Positions 52,015 to 63,432 of a stretch of DNA of 64,000 bases are shown here, in pieces (the first letter of the stretch is position 1; every line of letters begins with the position of its first letter). Under the pieces are notes generated by a model. The model had not been told where the DNA came from. It did not search any database and saw nothing but the letters and a program-made list of their open reading frames with translations. The translations under genes were made by a program, and so were the position numbers. Source of the stretch: Leptolyngbyaceae cyanobacterium (GTDB taxonomy: Bacteria > Cyanobacteriota > Cyanobacteriia > Phormidesmidales > Phormidesmidaceae); the NCBI GenBank assembly GCA_965263355.1, contig CBDHHL010000032.1:3616001-3680000 (forward strand). Direction: 5' to 3'.

Positions 52015-52376
52015 TGTTGCTTAACCGAAAATAAAATTTCGTCGTTAAGCGGACACCTTTAACCGTTCCTTTTAGCCAGGATAGCGGCTTCCTCAGAATA
52101 CTGTGATCCTCCACATATATATGACTGGAATTCACAAAGACCTTAGTCTATTGATACAAAGTAAAGCTTTGTAAATAATTCTCAGCAATAACTTAACTAC
52201 TTTTATGGTGGCCTCAATGCCGGACGTTTCTTTCTGAATGTCTTGTTCTGAGCCAATTATGTGGCTCATTTTTTGGCGATAACACAGTTTGAAAGTTGCA
52301 AGATGAGCGGTTTCTCAAGGACGGTTGTGTTACATTTTTTAGTAACGGCATAGATCTATTTTTATATCCGCGCTTC

Positions 52377-53045
52377 ATGTTTACTAAGCAAGTCACCGAC
52401 TCTAAGGCCTATCAGTGGTTTAATGAGCGTCTTGAGATTCAGGCTCTCGCTGATGATATCTCCAGTAAGTATGTACCGCCCCATGTCAATATCTTCTATT
52501 GCCTTGGTGGTATTACTCTAGTTTGCTTCATTATCCAGTTTGCTACTGGATTCGCTATGACCTTCTATTACAAGCCAACTGTGGTAGAGGCGTTCAACTC
52601 AGTGCAGTATTTAATGACTGATGTCAGCTTTGGTTGGCTAATCCGGTCCATTCATCGTTGGTCTGCCAGCATGATGGTCCTGATGATGATTCTCCACGTT
52701 TTTCGGGTTTATCTTACAGGCGGCTTTAAAAACCCCCGTGAATTGACTTGGGTGACAGGTGTCATCATGGCTACTGTTACTGTCTCCTTTGGAGTGACAG
52801 GTTATTCATTACCTTGGGACCAAGTGGGTTATTGGGCTGTGAAAATTGTGTCTGGTGTACCTAGTGCTATTCCTGTTGTGGGCGGTTTGATGGTTGAGTT
52901 TATTCGCGGCGGCGAAAGTGTTGGCCAAGCTACACTAACTCGCTTCTACAGTCTGCACACGTTTGTGCTGCCTTGGCTGATGGCCGTGTTTATGTTGACT
53001 CATTTCTTGATGATTCGTAAGCAGGGTATTTCTGGTCCTTTGTAA
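52377..53045 (+). CDS. petB: Cytochrome b6
   Basis: [15 protein letters not shown] ... [10 protein letters not shown]; 222 aa from ATG 52377. Confidence 0.98.
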   Translation: MFTKQVTDSKAYQWFNERLEIQALADDISSKYVPPHVNIFYCLGGITLVCFIIQFATGFAMTFYYKPTVVEAFNSVQYLMTDVSFGWLIRSIHRWSASMMVLMMILHVFRVYLTGGFKNPRELTWVTGVIMATVTVSFGVTGYSLPWDQVGYWAVKIVSGVPSAIPVVGGLMVEFIRGGESVGQATLTRFYSLHTFVLPWLMAVFMLTHFLMIRKQGISGPL

Positions 53046-53207
53046 GTGTGAGAAGCAGCTTAACCTTTGGCTAAGGTTTTTTGCTTTTGTCTATGGCCGA
53101 ATGTTTTAGATAATTGCCAAATGTAGCCTCAAGTTTAGTTCGAGGTTAAGCTGTTTTAACCAGATCGCAAATTCTGTTTAAAGGTAAATTAGGAGACAAT
53201 TTGAGCT

Positions 53208-53690
53208 ATGGCAACGATTAAGAAGCCTGACCTCAGTGATCCTCAACTTAGAGAGAAGCTGAAGCAAGGTATGGGCCACAATTACTATGGTGAGCCTGCA
53301 TGGCCTAACGACTTGCTGTACATATTTCCTGTGGTAATTCTGGGTAGTATCGCTTGTTGTGTGGCTTTGGCTGTTTTGGATCCTGCACTTGTGGGTGAGC
53401 CTGCTAATCCATTTGCTACACCCTTGGAAATTTTACCTGAATGGTATTTGTATCCAGCATTTCAAATCCTTCGGGTTGTTCCCAATAAGCTGTTGGGTAT
53501 TGCTTTGCAGACGGCTATTCCTCTTGGTTTGATGCTGATTCCCTTTATTGAAAGTGTGAACAAGTTTCAGAACCCTTTTCGTCGTCCAGTTGCGACAGCC
53601 GTTTTCTTGTTTGGTACCTTGGTGACTCTTTGGTTGGGTATTGGTGCGGCTCTACCTATTGATAAGTCTTTAACACTGGGTCTTTTCTAG
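53208..53690 (+). CDS. petD: Cytochrome b6f subunit IV
   Basis: [16 protein letters not shown] and PEWY motifs. Confidence 0.98.
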   Translation: MATIKKPDLSDPQLREKLKQGMGHNYYGEPAWPNDLLYIFPVVILGSIACCVALAVLDPALVGEPANPFATPLEILPEWYLYPAFQILRVVPNKLLGIALQTAIPLGLMLIPFIESVNKFQNPFRRPVATAVFLFGTLVTLWLGIGAALPIDKSLTLGLF

Positions 53691-53878
53691 ATATTGATTG
53701 GCTCATTGTAGGTTGCTTAACATTAGCTTCTTGATTTTTCGCTTTATGTCTGCGAATTTTCAAGAAGCTTTTTAATGTGTCAAGATACGGCAAAGACTGC
53801 AATTATACTGGTCTTATCTATAGATTTCTCAGTTGATTTCGGGCAAACTATTGGTGCGAACGTGCCGGTTAATCGGAC

Positions 53879-54295
53879 ATGTTGAAGCAAGATCAATTGA
53901 TAGTTCAAAGTAAATTAGAAGACTTAACTCAAGTACAGCAGTGGTTTGATCGTTTTTGTGCGGCATCCCAACTACCATGGCTTGAGGCTGTTTTCGATCA
54001 AGTAAATTTAGCTTTAGCAGAAGGGTTTACTAACGCCGTTAGGCATGCCCATAAGCACTTGCCAGCAGATACCCCCATTAAAATAGATTTGTTTCTCTGG
54101 GAAGAAAAGTTAGAAGTGCGAGTGTGGGACATGGGAGAACCCTTTGACCCTGATCAGCTGCCTGAGCCCAAGCCTGGCACGCTTAAAGTCGGTGGCTATG
54201 GTTGGTTCCTAATGCGACGGTTGGCCGAGGTAAATTACGAACGCCATGATTTGGGGCGAAACTGTCTGCGTATAGTGAAATCTTCTACTGCTTAG
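53879..54295 (+). CDS. RsbW-like anti-sigma factor / HATPase
   Basis: LALAEGFTNAVRHAH, VWDMGEPFDP and GGYGWFL motifs. Confidence 0.88.
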   Translation: MLKQDQLIVQSKLEDLTQVQQWFDRFCAASQLPWLEAVFDQVNLALAEGFTNAVRHAHKHLPADTPIKIDLFLWEEKLEVRVWDMGEPFDPDQLPEPKPGTLKVGGYGWFLMRRLAEVNYERHDLGRNCLRIVKSSTA

Positions 54296-54306
54296 CGGCG
54301 TTTACT

Positions 54307-54377
54307 TACAACTATGTCAAAGTTTAAGCTGTAGATTCTTTCCTGAAAAAACGGGCGTTCAACGTGTATATGGTTGA
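54307..54377 (+). repeat. ~73-bp dispersed TIR repeat, copy E (degenerate)
   Basis: AACTATGTCAAAGTTTAAGCTGTAGATTCTTTCCTGAAAAAACG...GGTTGA. Confidence 0.65.
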
Positions 54378-54468
54378 GCTATTCAGTTAGTTCTGTGAAC
54401 AGTGTTTGAGAATACTTAAAGACTAATCAAGTTGGGTTGGGTTGATTATTGAATAATGGGTAGCCTAA

Positions 54469-55686
54469 GTGCCATACAAAACGGGAGCTTTGCATATGCA
54501 ATTAGCTCGTGGTAAGAGGGCAAAAGATACGTTTGTTTTTATTGAAGTTTTTGGTTGCGAAGGAGGAATTCAGTCGTACATCAAGGATGTACTGATGGCT
54601 TATATGCCTCTGCATACAATTGAGCCTGCTGATATTTTTTTACTACGTGACCAGTTAGATAATATTCCACCTGAGTTTCGGTCTTGTTTTAGGTTTCACT
54701 GTTTTCAGTCAGGACGACCTATGCTGGATCGGTTTCGGTTGGCCTTGGCTTTGGGGAGCCATCTGTTGCTCAGGCGTCCACGTCGCTTGTTTTGCGGCCA
54801 CATTAACCTGGTGGTTATGACGCGTCAGCTAGCTCGATTAGCACGGGTGCCTTACACTGTCCTCACCTATGGTAAAGAAGTTTGGTTCCCTCTAAAACCG
54901 TCTGAAGGGGATGCTTTGCGAGCCGCGGATAACATTTGGACCATTAGTCGATACAGTCGTGATTTGGCCTGTGATGCCAATCAACTAGAGGCTAGCAAGA
55001 TTGAAATTTTGCCTTGTACAGTGGATGGTGACGCATTTACACCTGCGATCGCATCCTCTGAGTTGCAGCAACGCTATGGTTTGGAAAATGCGCTTGTCCT
55101 GATGACTGTCGCTCGACTGTGGCGAGGAGATCCCTATAAGGGAGTAGATGTCACTATCCGGGCATTGCCCAAGATTACCGCAGCCTTTCCCAGTGTTAAG
55201 TATTTAGTCATTGGCCGAGGAGACGATCAACCGAGATTAGCGCAGTTAGCTGAGGATTTAGGAGTCAATGATCAAGTGGTATTTGCTGGGTTTGTTCCTA
55301 ACGAAGAATTAGTTGAGCACTATCGCCTTGCCGATGTATACGTCATGCCTTCCCAGGAAGGATTTGGCATTGTTTATCTAGAAGCAATGTCTTGCGGTAT
55401 TCCAGTGATTTCTGGTGATAACGATGGTTCAGCGGATCCGTTGCAAGATGGTCTATTGGGTTGGCGTGTTCCCCATCGGGAGCCAGAGGCAGTAGCCGTT
55501 GCCTGTATGGAAGCCCTACAAGGCGATGATCATCGCTGTCATGGGCCCTGGTTACGGGAACAAACCCTGGCTAAGTTTAGTAAATCAGCATTGACTAGTC
55601 AGTTGAAACACCTTTTAGGTGATGATGCTACGGCTAAAACAAACGACCTGCATCAACCAGAAGGTAGTAGTATCCGAACAAACTAA
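54469..55686 (+). CDS. Glycosyltransferase family 4
   Basis: GGIQ, YKGVD and EGFGIVYLEAMSCG motifs. Confidence 0.9.
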   Translation: MPYKTGALHMQLARGKRAKDTFVFIEVFGCEGGIQSYIKDVLMAYMPLHTIEPADIFLLRDQLDNIPPEFRSCFRFHCFQSGRPMLDRFRLALALGSHLLLRRPRRLFCGHINLVVMTRQLARLARVPYTVLTYGKEVWFPLKPSEGDALRAADNIWTISRYSRDLACDANQLEASKIEILPCTVDGDAFTPAIASSELQQRYGLENALVLMTVARLWRGDPYKGVDVTIRALPKITAAFPSVKYLVIGRGDDQPRLAQLAEDLGVNDQVVFAGFVPNEELVEHYRLADVYVMPSQEGFGIVYLEAMSCGIPVISGDNDGSADPLQDGLLGWRVPHREPEAVAVACMEALQGDDHRCHGPWLREQTLAKFSKSALTSQLKHLLGDDATAKTNDLHQPEGSSIRTN

Positions 55687-55764
55687 ACTGCGTCAGTAAA
55701 CTAAGACATTGAGACAGAGACTATAGAATATAGATCCAGCAGTGCAGCCATAGGAGGCGACAGC

Positions 55765-56202
55765 ATGGCTCCCAACGGTTTTAGACAGTTACAGCTTAAC
55801 TTCTCGGGGATGGGATGTTGGTTAACCCTGACCATTGGGTTTGTCTTGATGACAACTGTCGGTATTGGTTGGCTCTTAAAGTCTTTGTTGGTGCTGATCG
55901 CGCTTTTGGTTTTTATTCCTATTGTCTTGGTAGTTGGTGTCCAGTTTTGGCTTAGGCGCAATCTAGTTGAAGGGCCTTGTCCATCCTGTGCTAGTCCGTT
56001 AACTGGATTTAGACATATTCCCATGTCATGTCCTAGCTGTGGTGTGTCGTTAGAAGCCAGTAGTGGCAGTTTCGTCAGAATAACGCCTGAAGGGACTATT
56101 GATGTAGATGTGATTAATGTTGAAAAATCTGATGTTGGAAATGACGCCACAGATAATGTGACTGTTGTTGATGTAGAGGTTTTGCCTCCTGGTGATAATT
56201 AA
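55765..56202 (+). CDS. Conserved hypothetical membrane protein with Zn-ribbon
   Basis: Two TM helices followed by CPSC..CPSC. Confidence 0.75.
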   Translation: MAPNGFRQLQLNFSGMGCWLTLTIGFVLMTTVGIGWLLKSLLVLIALLVFIPIVLVVGVQFWLRRNLVEGPCPSCASPLTGFRHIPMSCPSCGVSLEASSGSFVRITPEGTIDVDVINVEKSDVGNDATDNVTVVDVEVLPPGDN

Positions 56203-56273
56203 ATCATGTCCAAGTTGAAACCTATGGGTTCTTCACCGGAAAAACGACCATTCTAGGCTTGGAGCAAGGTTTA
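56200..56273 (+). repeat. ~73-bp dispersed TIR repeat, copy F
   Basis: TAAATCATGTCCAAGTTGAAACCTATGGGTTCTTCACCGGAAAAACGACC...AAGGTTTA; begins at the stop codon of the upstream gene. Confidence 0.85.
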
Positions 56274-56363
56274 GAACGGTCTATCGCCCTCTAGAGATTT
56301 TAGTAGTCTTTAAAGGGCGATTGTTGCAGAGATATTCCTCTGCTGGAAACCTATATTGGAAAT

Positions 56364-56771
56364 TTACTGTTGGACAGTCAGTGTAAATGGGGCACCAGAA
56401 CCGTCGATATCGCCCACATAAAGGCTGTAACTTCCTTGTTTATATAATCCTCGGGATTGAATGGCACCCCCGTCAAAGTCATGGGCCAGGATACATTCCC
56501 GTGAATTATCAGGCCCCACCATTAGCAATGTGTAATCATTGCTGCCTGATACTTCGATTGATACCGATGCTGCTGACTGAGTGATATTGAAGGAATAGTC
56601 GGGTTGAGCAGGGACAAACCCACAATCTGAGGATGTTTGGGGACCTCCGCTAGTGCCGCTGATTTCCGTTGCTGATTGACCATAAACAGCATTGGTGGGT
56701 GCAGCGACCACAGCGGCAGCAATGAGAAGAGAAGCAATGTTTTTTGTGGCAATATTTTTCATCGATAGCAC
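56364..56771 (-). CDS. Hypothetical secreted protein (PPC-like beta-sandwich)
   Basis: Signal peptide, CGFV..PD, TLLMVGPD..C and G.YSLYVG patterns. Confidence 0.6.
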   Translation of the reverse strand: MLSMKNIATKNIASLLIAAAVVAAPTNAVYGQSATEISGTSGGPQTSSDCGFVPAQPDYSFNITQSAASVSIEVSGSNDYTLLMVGPDNSRECILAHDFDGGAIQSRGLYKQGSYSLYVGDIDGSGAPFTLTVQQ

Positions 56772-57038
56772 CTCGGCAACTTATGGGGTAGCCTTACGAG
56801 AACACTAGGTCTTTGTCTGAATACTATTCCTAAGGAATGTATATCTCAATACTAGTGACAGGATATAACTAACGTTGTTAGCTATGTGCCAGTTTGCCAA
56901 GAGTTAATAAACTGGAATTTTCATATAGCCTGTCATATCTAAATTTTCTGATTTAGATATGAGTGCCAATCAGTCAGTCTGGCCTAGTCAGGTTAGGAGT
57001 ATCCCTCGTTAGATTACTGGCAATATCAAGGTCGCTAA

Positions 57039-59315
57039 ATGGCTCAGCAAATCATGAATGTTCAGAGCTCGATAGTTCTTGTCCCCAAACTGCGGTCAGT
57101 TAAATTGACCGGTAGGCGTTTGGTGGCTTGGAGTTTAGAGCTTGGCTTAGTGGCTATGAGTGCTGTAGTGCCTTGGGGGGTAGGCCAGTATGTGTTAGTG
57201 AATGCGACTACAAAGCTTCCCCCAATTGAGGAAATAATTGAGGAACAGCCGTTTCAGGACTCATTGGAAGTGAGCCAAGTTACCCTGCATCCTTTGGTGC
57301 GCCATGCACAAAAGCGATGGGCGTGGATTGTGCAGATACCTCCGTACCAACTGCATCGCACCGTACCACGCCTGACCAATTTTTGCTGGACTATTGCGTT
57401 GCTTGCACCGATTGTTGTTGGGGTTGGGCAACTGACGCAGCTGAGCTATACCGGACAGACATGGCCCAAGCGATGGTTAGGAATTCAGGTACTTTCGACC
57501 ACAAGTAGCCATCTTAGATTCTGGCAGGGATTAGTGCGTGAGTTGGTGCGCTGGGGTATACCCCTAATACTGGTAGGGGGAGTAACCGGCGCGACGGGTT
57601 TGTCATTAGGACTATGGACTCCGATGGTAGTTGGTTTTTTAGCCATGATGGAGGGAGGCATAGCCCTCGTTCTTGATAAACAATCTTTGCATGATCGGAT
57701 TGCCAGGACTCAAGTTGTTATGGCAACTGCTCCTTCTAGGTATTTACCCATTTCCGGTGAATCACTCAGTTATTCTCTACCATTGAATGGTTCTTTTGCT
57801 CAACCAAAAGCTGACGAACTTCAACTTTATGGTGAAACGAATGATGATGACGACTGGTGGTTGACAGAGTCCGCAGGTAATTTGACTTCGTTAGTTTTAC
57901 CACCGCGCTCTGGCCCCCAAAACGATGGTGGTAGCTTGGTCTTGTCTCCCCCTCGGTCATGGGGGCAACCATGGTGGCTAGTGACTGGGGGCATGTTTTT
58001 TGCCTGCATTGCTGGTTTTGGGATTGGCCGTCTAGTGCAGGCTCCCACATCTGTTCAGGCTGAAGATGACGCTTTTTTGCAGATGGCTCAGGCGCTGATG
58101 GCCAAGACCCAGACGGGGCAGACAAGTGGAAACTATAATGCGGCGATCTTAATGTTGGCTCAGGTCGATGATCCTCGTACTGTTGACTATTTAACCGATC
58201 TATTGAGTCAAAGCTCACAGCCAGAAACGTTAGCGACGATTCAGCAGGCCCTGGTAAGTCAAGGCCTAGATAGTGTGCCATCGCTGCTAGCATTGGGACG
58301 TGTGCTTGAAAGTGAACTGCAGCAATCGTTAGATCCGGCCATTCGATCAATTCGTTTGGAACAACGCCATGTAGTGCAGGGGGCGATCGCAAAATTACTT
58401 GCTGTTCACAGTGACGAACTAGTGGGTATTCGTCTAGATCGGGTGAACCTAGGGCGGTACCACGATTCTGACCGGGCGTTCCGTTTAATTCAACCGGGTT
58501 TATTGGCCGCCGGGACTAGTTGGCAAGGTGCAAACTTAAGCCAAGCCAACCTGGCGGGGGTTAGCTTCTTTGATGTTGGGGCTGATGGCAGGGCAGATTC
58601 CTATGACGATATTATTAGTGACCTCACTGGTATTACTCTGGTGGCGGCCAGATTGGAGGAGGCGAATTTACAGGGGGCTCAACTAAGTCATGCAAATCTG
58701 AGGCGTGCAGAGCTTAAAGATGCCAATTTAGCCCATGGCAATTTAGAAAGGGCCCTGTTAACCAATGCTAGTTTGATCCATGTCAATGCCGCTCAGAGTC
58801 GATGGCAGGGCAGTAATTTAGTGGGTGCAGATTTGACTCAAGCAATTTTTGATGGTGCTGATCTTAGCCAAGCCAGACTCAACCGTATCGAAGCTGCCCA
58901 TAGCAGTTGGGTTAAGGCAACACTCCCTCAGTCTGATTGGGTAGGCGCTAATTTACTCGGGGCAGACTTTAGTCAAGCGAATTTAGTGGGTGCAGATTTT
59001 CAAGGGGCACAGCTGGATAGTGTAGATTTTACTCGAGCCGATTTGAGACAGGCGAATTTACGAGATGTTGATCTGAGGCAGGCGACGCTGACGGGAGTGA
59101 ATCTAACAGATGCTGATTTGGGCGGTGCCATATTTGATGATGGTACTAATGTTGCCGGTAGTTTTATTACCCCCAATGCTCAATTAAGGTCAGATAATCA
59201 TTTTCAAGGGGTGAATTTTAGCCGCGTCCGTAATTTAGATGGTCGCCAGTTAAACTACATTTGTGCCCAGGGGGGGATTCATCCCGCTTGTAAAAGAGTG
59301 CCAGATGTTGATTAG
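57039..59315 (+). CDS. RDD-domain + pentapeptide-repeat membrane protein
   Basis: RRLVAW..GQTWPKRWLGIQV..LHDRIART RDD domain; long A(D/N)LxxA repeats. Confidence 0.88.
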   Translation: MAQQIMNVQSSIVLVPKLRSVKLTGRRLVAWSLELGLVAMSAVVPWGVGQYVLVNATTKLPPIEEIIEEQPFQDSLEVSQVTLHPLVRHAQKRWAWIVQIPPYQLHRTVPRLTNFCWTIALLAPIVVGVGQLTQLSYTGQTWPKRWLGIQVLSTTSSHLRFWQGLVRELVRWGIPLILVGGVTGATGLSLGLWTPMVVGFLAMMEGGIALVLDKQSLHDRIARTQVVMATAPSRYLPISGESLSYSLPLNGSFAQPKADELQLYGETNDDDDWWLTESAGNLTSLVLPPRSGPQNDGGSLVLSPPRSWGQPWWLVTGGMFFACIAGFGIGRLVQAPTSVQAEDDAFLQMAQALMAKTQTGQTSGNYNAAILMLAQVDDPRTVDYLTDLLSQSSQPETLATIQQALVSQGLDSVPSLLALGRVLESELQQSLDPAIRSIRLEQRHVVQGAIAKLLAVHSDELVGIRLDRVNLGRYHDSDRAFRLIQPGLLAAGTSWQGANLSQANLAGVSFFDVGADGRADSYDDIISDLTGITLVAARLEEANLQGAQLSHANLRRAELKDANLAHGNLERALLTNASLIHVNAAQSRWQGSNLVGADLTQAIFDGADLSQARLNRIEAAHSSWVKATLPQSDWVGANLLGADFSQANLVGADFQGAQLDSVDFTRADLRQANLRDVDLRQATLTGVNLTDADLGGAIFDDGTNVAGSFITPNAQLRSDNHFQGVNFSRVRNLDGRQLNYICAQGGIHPACKRVPDVD

Positions 59316-59318
59316 CCA

Positions 59319-59651
59319 ATGCAACGAACACGTTTAAGCATATTAGTCGAACAGGCAGGTCAACGCTTTAGTCAGTGGGTGTTTAATCCTTGGCGACGTA
59401 TTTCTTTGGCGGTGATTAGTCTTTTGTTTGGTAACTTCTTTGCTACAGCGATTTCAGCTACGGCAGGTCAGACAGCAGAGATTGACATTTTGATTGCGGC
59501 TATTTTAGTGGCAATGGTAGAACTCATTAGCTGGCTATACCATCGCTCTCGCTCTAATGACCAACGTACAGTGCTCCCTGAACTACTCAATTCATTTAAG
59601 TTGGGTATGATTTACGGCTTATTTGTTGAGGCTTTTAAGTTGGGTAGCTAG
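59319..59651 (+). CDS. DUF565 / Ycf20-like protein
   Basis: MQRTRL..NPWRR..GLFVEAFKLGS. Confidence 0.9.
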   Translation: MQRTRLSILVEQAGQRFSQWVFNPWRRISLAVISLLFGNFFATAISATAGQTAEIDILIAAILVAMVELISWLYHRSRSNDQRTVLPELLNSFKLGMIYGLFVEAFKLGS

Positions 59652-60341
59652 AGGAATGGTGTCAATCGACTTTACAAGTTGCGTAGCTCGTTGTTGGATA
59701 GTTTTCCATTGTTTATGACGCACATGGTCAGCTTCAAATAAACCACTGGAAATTCCGACTGCGGTTGCGCCAGCCACTAGTAGCTCTGCTGCGTTTTCCG
59801 GAGTGACACCGCCGGAGGGAATTAGTGGAATATGGCCTAAGGGACCCTGCAAACATTCAATATAGGTGGCGCCTCCAAAAGCTTTGATGGGGAAGATTTT
59901 TACACTAGCTGCACCAGCTTCCCATGCGGTCAGGATTTCGGTTGGGGTCATTGCTCCTGCCACGGTAGGAATATGTACTGTACGACCATGGCGGAGTAGG
60001 GCTAATGAGGTGTGTGGGCTAAAACAAAACTGAGCGCCGGTTGCGATCGCAATCCGTAAGTCTTCTTCCTTGAGAATTGTACCGACACCAATGGTGCAGT
60101 AAGGCAAGGCTTGCTGAATCGCTTGTAAAAGAGCTACAGGCTGATAGCTATTCCAGGTGATTTCAATCAGCTGAATTCCCCCTTCTGCAGCGGCTAGGGC
60201 CATGTTTAGGCCACTTTCCACCGTCTCCGCCCTAATCACAGCAATGACTCGATGGGTGCGTAGGGTATAGAGCCAACGTTGCTGATATTCATATTCAACA
60301 GTAGATCGCAAGTTTAAGCGAGCCGAATTTAAGACTGTCAT
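59619..60341 (-). CDS. eda: KDPG/KHG aldolase
   Basis: VIAVIR, IEIT, GAMTPTEI and VKIFP motifs. Confidence 0.88.
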   Translation of the reverse strand: MTVLNSARLNLRSTVEYEYQQRWLYTLRTHRVIAVIRAETVESGLNMALAAAEGGIQLIEITWNSYQPVALLQAIQQALPYCTIGVGTILKEEDLRIAIATGAQFCFSPHTSLALLRHGRTVHIPTVAGAMTPTEILTAWEAGAASVKIFPIKAFGGATYIECLQGPLGHIPLIPSGGVTPENAAELLVAGATAVGISSGLFEADHVRHKQWKTIQQRATQLVKSIDTIPLATQLKSLNK

Positions 60342-60500
60342 AAACTGAAGTGGTCTTGAATATTAAACCTATTGTGCAGGCGACTATCATATCTGTTTCC
60401 AGCTCTTAGGCTTTTAGACCAATTTGCAATACAGATTTTTTGCTTTTGCTAAGTGCTGTTAACAATTCACCAAACTATGTAACAAAAATGAAACAAACAA

Positions 60501-60526
60501 AAAGCCGTAGGATTTCCTACGGCTTT
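60501..60526 (-). terminator. ftsH terminator
   Basis: AAAGCCGTAGGA/TCCTACGGCTTT stem with an A-tract on its left side. Confidence 0.8.
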
Positions 60527-60575
60527 GAGCACCAAACTTTTAAGGAGTAAACCTGGGAAACGTTTGCCAGTAATC

Positions 60576-60648
60576 TAAACTACGTCCAAACTAAAACCCA
60601 TAGGTTCCTCACCGGAAAAACGACCGGCTTGGACGTAGAAAAGGATTA
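60576..60648 (+). repeat. ~73-bp dispersed TIR repeat, copy G
   Basis: TAAACTACGTCCAAACTAAAACCCATAGGTTCCTCACCGGAAAAACGACC...AGGATTA; the right end is the ftsH stop codon. Confidence 0.8.
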
Positions 60649-62490
60649 AGCAATGCTTGCCATACTGACATTGTTATCAATTAGCAAACGCTGTAGCTCA
60701 TCAGAATCAACCGTTTCCTTGTCAACCAACATGTCAGCTAGCTGATCTAAGACGTTACGATTTTCAACCAGGACCTGCTTAGCACGGCTGTAAGCTACGT
60801 CCACCAGGCCGCGCACTTCTGAATCAATCACAGCTGCCGTTTCTTCAGAGAAATCACGCTCAGTCGCAATATCCCTTCCCAAGAAAGGATTGCCTTGCTG
60901 ACGTCCCAGCGCTACTGGGCCCAGCCTTTCGCTCATACCAAAGCGAGTTACCATCTGGCGAGCTACGCGAGCAACTTGCTGGAGGTCGTTAGAAGCACCT
61001 GTAGTAACTTCTTCATCCCCAAAGACAATTTCCTCGGCTAGGCGACCACCGAGGGCGACAGCCATCTGATTTTGCAAGTAGGAGCGGGAATACAAACCGG
61101 ACTCCAAGCGTTCCTCGCTAGGAGTAAACCAAGTGAGACCACCTGCTTGGCCACGGGGAATGATACTGATCTTCTGTACAGGATCGTAGTCGGGCATTAA
61201 CGCACCCACTAGAGCATGGCCTGCTTCATGGTAAGCCACCAAAGATTTGCGCTTTTCACTCATCACCCGATCTTTCTTCTCAGGACCCGCTAAGACGCGA
61301 TCAATGGCGTCATTAACCTCATCCATAGAAATTTCGGTCAGGTTGCGACGAGCCGCTAAAATGGCTGCCTCATTTAACAAATTTGAAAGGTCTGCACCTG
61401 TAAACCCAGGCGTACGACGGGCAATCTTTTCTAGATCCACATCTTTACTAAACGTTTTACCGCGAGAGTGAACCTTAAGAATTTCCAGGCGACCAGAGTA
61501 GTCGGGACGATCAACCACCACCTGGCGATCAAAACGACCAGGGCGTAGAAGGGCTGCATCCAATACATCGGGACGGTTTGTGGCCGCAATGATAATAATC
61601 CCCGTATTGCCTTCAAAACCATCCATTTCTGTTAGCAACTGGTTTAGAGTTTGCTCACGTTCATCATTGCCACCGCCAAGACCTGCACCCCGTTGACGAC
61701 CTACAGCATCAATCTCGTCAATGAAGACGATACAGGGGGCATTGTTTTTGGCTTGTTCAAAGAGATCGCGAACGCGGGAGGCGCCAACACCAACGAACAT
61801 TTCTACAAATTCGGAACCAGAGATGGAGAAAAACGGCACCCCAGCTTCTCCAGCAACAGCCTTTGCTAGTAACGTTTTACCTGTACCCGGAGGACCAACA
61901 AGCAGTACACCCTTAGGAATCTTTGCACCAACCGCAGTAAAGCGATCAGCATTCTTTAAGAAGTCAACTACCTCAGTTAGCTCCAACTTGGCTTGGTCAA
62001 TACCGGCGACATCACCAAAAGTGACCTGGGTCTGAGGCTCCATTTGAACGCGAGCTTTGGACTTACCAAAGTTCATAGCTTGGCTGCCGGGGCCATTCTG
62101 AGCTCTGCGAAGGACAAAGAATAGAACTACCAATAGCAAAATTGGTATCAGTAACGTGCTAAGTACTTGCAGTAAACGATTTTCCTCAGCTTGACGTGTG
62201 ACCTCAATATCGACACCATTTTCAGTAAGAATGTCAACTAGACCAGGGTCGCTAGGTAGGTTAACCACAATCCGACCGGCTTCGCCCGTTGGGTCAGGGA
62301 AATAGGCTTGACTACGATCAGCGGTAATATTTACTTTCTCAATGGCACGGCTTTCGACTTCGTTGATAAAACGACTGTAGCGCCAGTCTTGAACTTCAAT
62401 GCGCTCTTGGTCTAAGAATGCGGTAGCCAGTGCGATAACAACAACTACCAATAATACGTAGAGTCCTGCGTTTCTCCAGCGCTTATTCAC
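60646..62490 (-). CDS. ftsH: ATP-dependent zinc metalloprotease FtsH (FtsH3-like)
   Basis: [12 protein letters not shown]-terminus, [11 protein letters not shown] motif and HEAGH. Confidence 0.96.
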   Translation of the reverse strand: MNKRWRNAGLYVLLVVVVIALATAFLDQERIEVQDWRYSRFINEVESRAIEKVNITADRSQAYFPDPTGEAGRIVVNLPSDPGLVDILTENGVDIEVTRQAEENRLLQVLSTLLIPILLLVVLFFVLRRAQNGPGSQAMNFGKSKARVQMEPQTQVTFGDVAGIDQAKLELTEVVDFLKNADRFTAVGAKIPKGVLLVGPPGTGKTLLAKAVAGEAGVPFFSISGSEFVEMFVGVGASRVRDLFEQAKNNAPCIVFIDEIDAVGRQRGAGLGGGNDEREQTLNQLLTEMDGFEGNTGIIIIAATNRPDVLDAALLRPGRFDRQVVVDRPDYSGRLEILKVHSRGKTFSKDVDLEKIARRTPGFTGADLSNLLNEAAILAARRNLTEISMDEVNDAIDRVLAGPEKKDRVMSEKRKSLVAYHEAGHALVGALMPDYDPVQKISIIPRGQAGGLTWFTPSEERLESGLYSRSYLQNQMAVALGGRLAEEIVFGDEEVTTGASNDLQQVARVARQMVTRFGMSERLGPVALGRQQGNPFLGRDIATERDFSEETAAVIDSEVRGLVDVAYSRAKQVLVENRNVLDQLADMLVDKETVDSDELQRLLIDNNVSMASIA

Positions 62491-62572
62491 AGGGAGTAAG
62501 CCTCCTAAAGTTTATACTTGTCAGCGGTTTCAGCGAAGTTACCTATGCTGAACTGATATTTGTTAACTTATG

Positions 62573-63418
62573 TTAACGCATTTCAGGATTTTGCATGGTG
62601 TGCTCAGTAGCTGTGTCGCACATCGAAGCACTGTAAAACATATGCCTGAGGGTGCTGAGACCTTTGTGATTAGATTTATAGTTTAGTTTAATATTTCCAA
62701 ATAGAACTGTGTGGATTGGGAGCAGCTCTATGACGCAGTTGCTGTAGGCTAAGCATTCAAATTGGTTCACTAATTCTAGGGTCCAAGGTTTGTCGATAAT
62801 GGTCTGGTTGGCGAAGCTGTGAAGCAATCGAGTTCGGCTGATGCCGGGTAATATACCTGAGGCTAGGGGTGGGGTCCACCATTGGCCAGCTTTGTATCCC
62901 CACAGATTGCCAGTACTGGTTTCTAGCCATTCTCCAGATGGGGTTGTCAAAATGGCATCACGAGCGCCATTGGTTTTGGCGGCTTGCAGGGCTAGCCAGC
63001 AAGGCAGGTAGTTACTGGTTTTGTGACCAGGTAAGCTGCGCTGAAATTGGGGACCTTGGGCAACCCAGACAGTCACTCCTTCACGTTGTTGTTGGTGAAG
63101 ATTAGGGGGGAGTGGCCGACCTGTAACCATGGCTTGACCATTGGCTAGAAGCGTTAACCGTAACACTGGGTAGTCAACCATCATGGCCTGACATCCTTGA
63201 GCAATTTCTTGCCAGTCAGGTTGGGGCCAATCAAAAAAATGGAGCGATTTGGAGATGCGATCGCAATGCCTGTTCCATGCCGTTAATGGATGCTCTAAGC
63301 TTCTCTCATAAATCCGTATTGTCGTAAAGACACTGGCCCCATAAGCTAGGGCCGGATTATTAACAGCAATCGTGATCTGCTCGCCTTTGTATAATTGGCC
63401 TGCAAACCAATAAGTCAT
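62573..63418 (-). CDS. Aminotransferase class IV (aminodeoxychorismate lyase-like)
   Basis: YGASVFTT, HKTSNY, ETSTGN and GILPGISR motifs. Confidence 0.85.
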   Translation of the reverse strand: MTYWFAGQLYKGEQITIAVNNPALAYGASVFTTIRIYERSLEHPLTAWNRHCDRISKSLHFFDWPQPDWQEIAQGCQAMMVDYPVLRLTLLANGQAMVTGRPLPPNLHQQQREGVTVWVAQGPQFQRSLPGHKTSNYLPCWLALQAAKTNGARDAILTTPSGEWLETSTGNLWGYKAGQWWTPPLASGILPGISRTRLLHSFANQTIIDKPWTLELVNQFECLAYSNCVIELLPIHTVLFGNIKLNYKSNHKGLSTLRHMFYSASMCDTATEHTMQNPEMR

Positions 63419-63432
63419 TACGTTTTCCGAGT

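Noticed and set aside
58500..59140. Periodic DNA in the RDD gene
   Set aside because: It is fully explained by pentapeptide-repeat coding.
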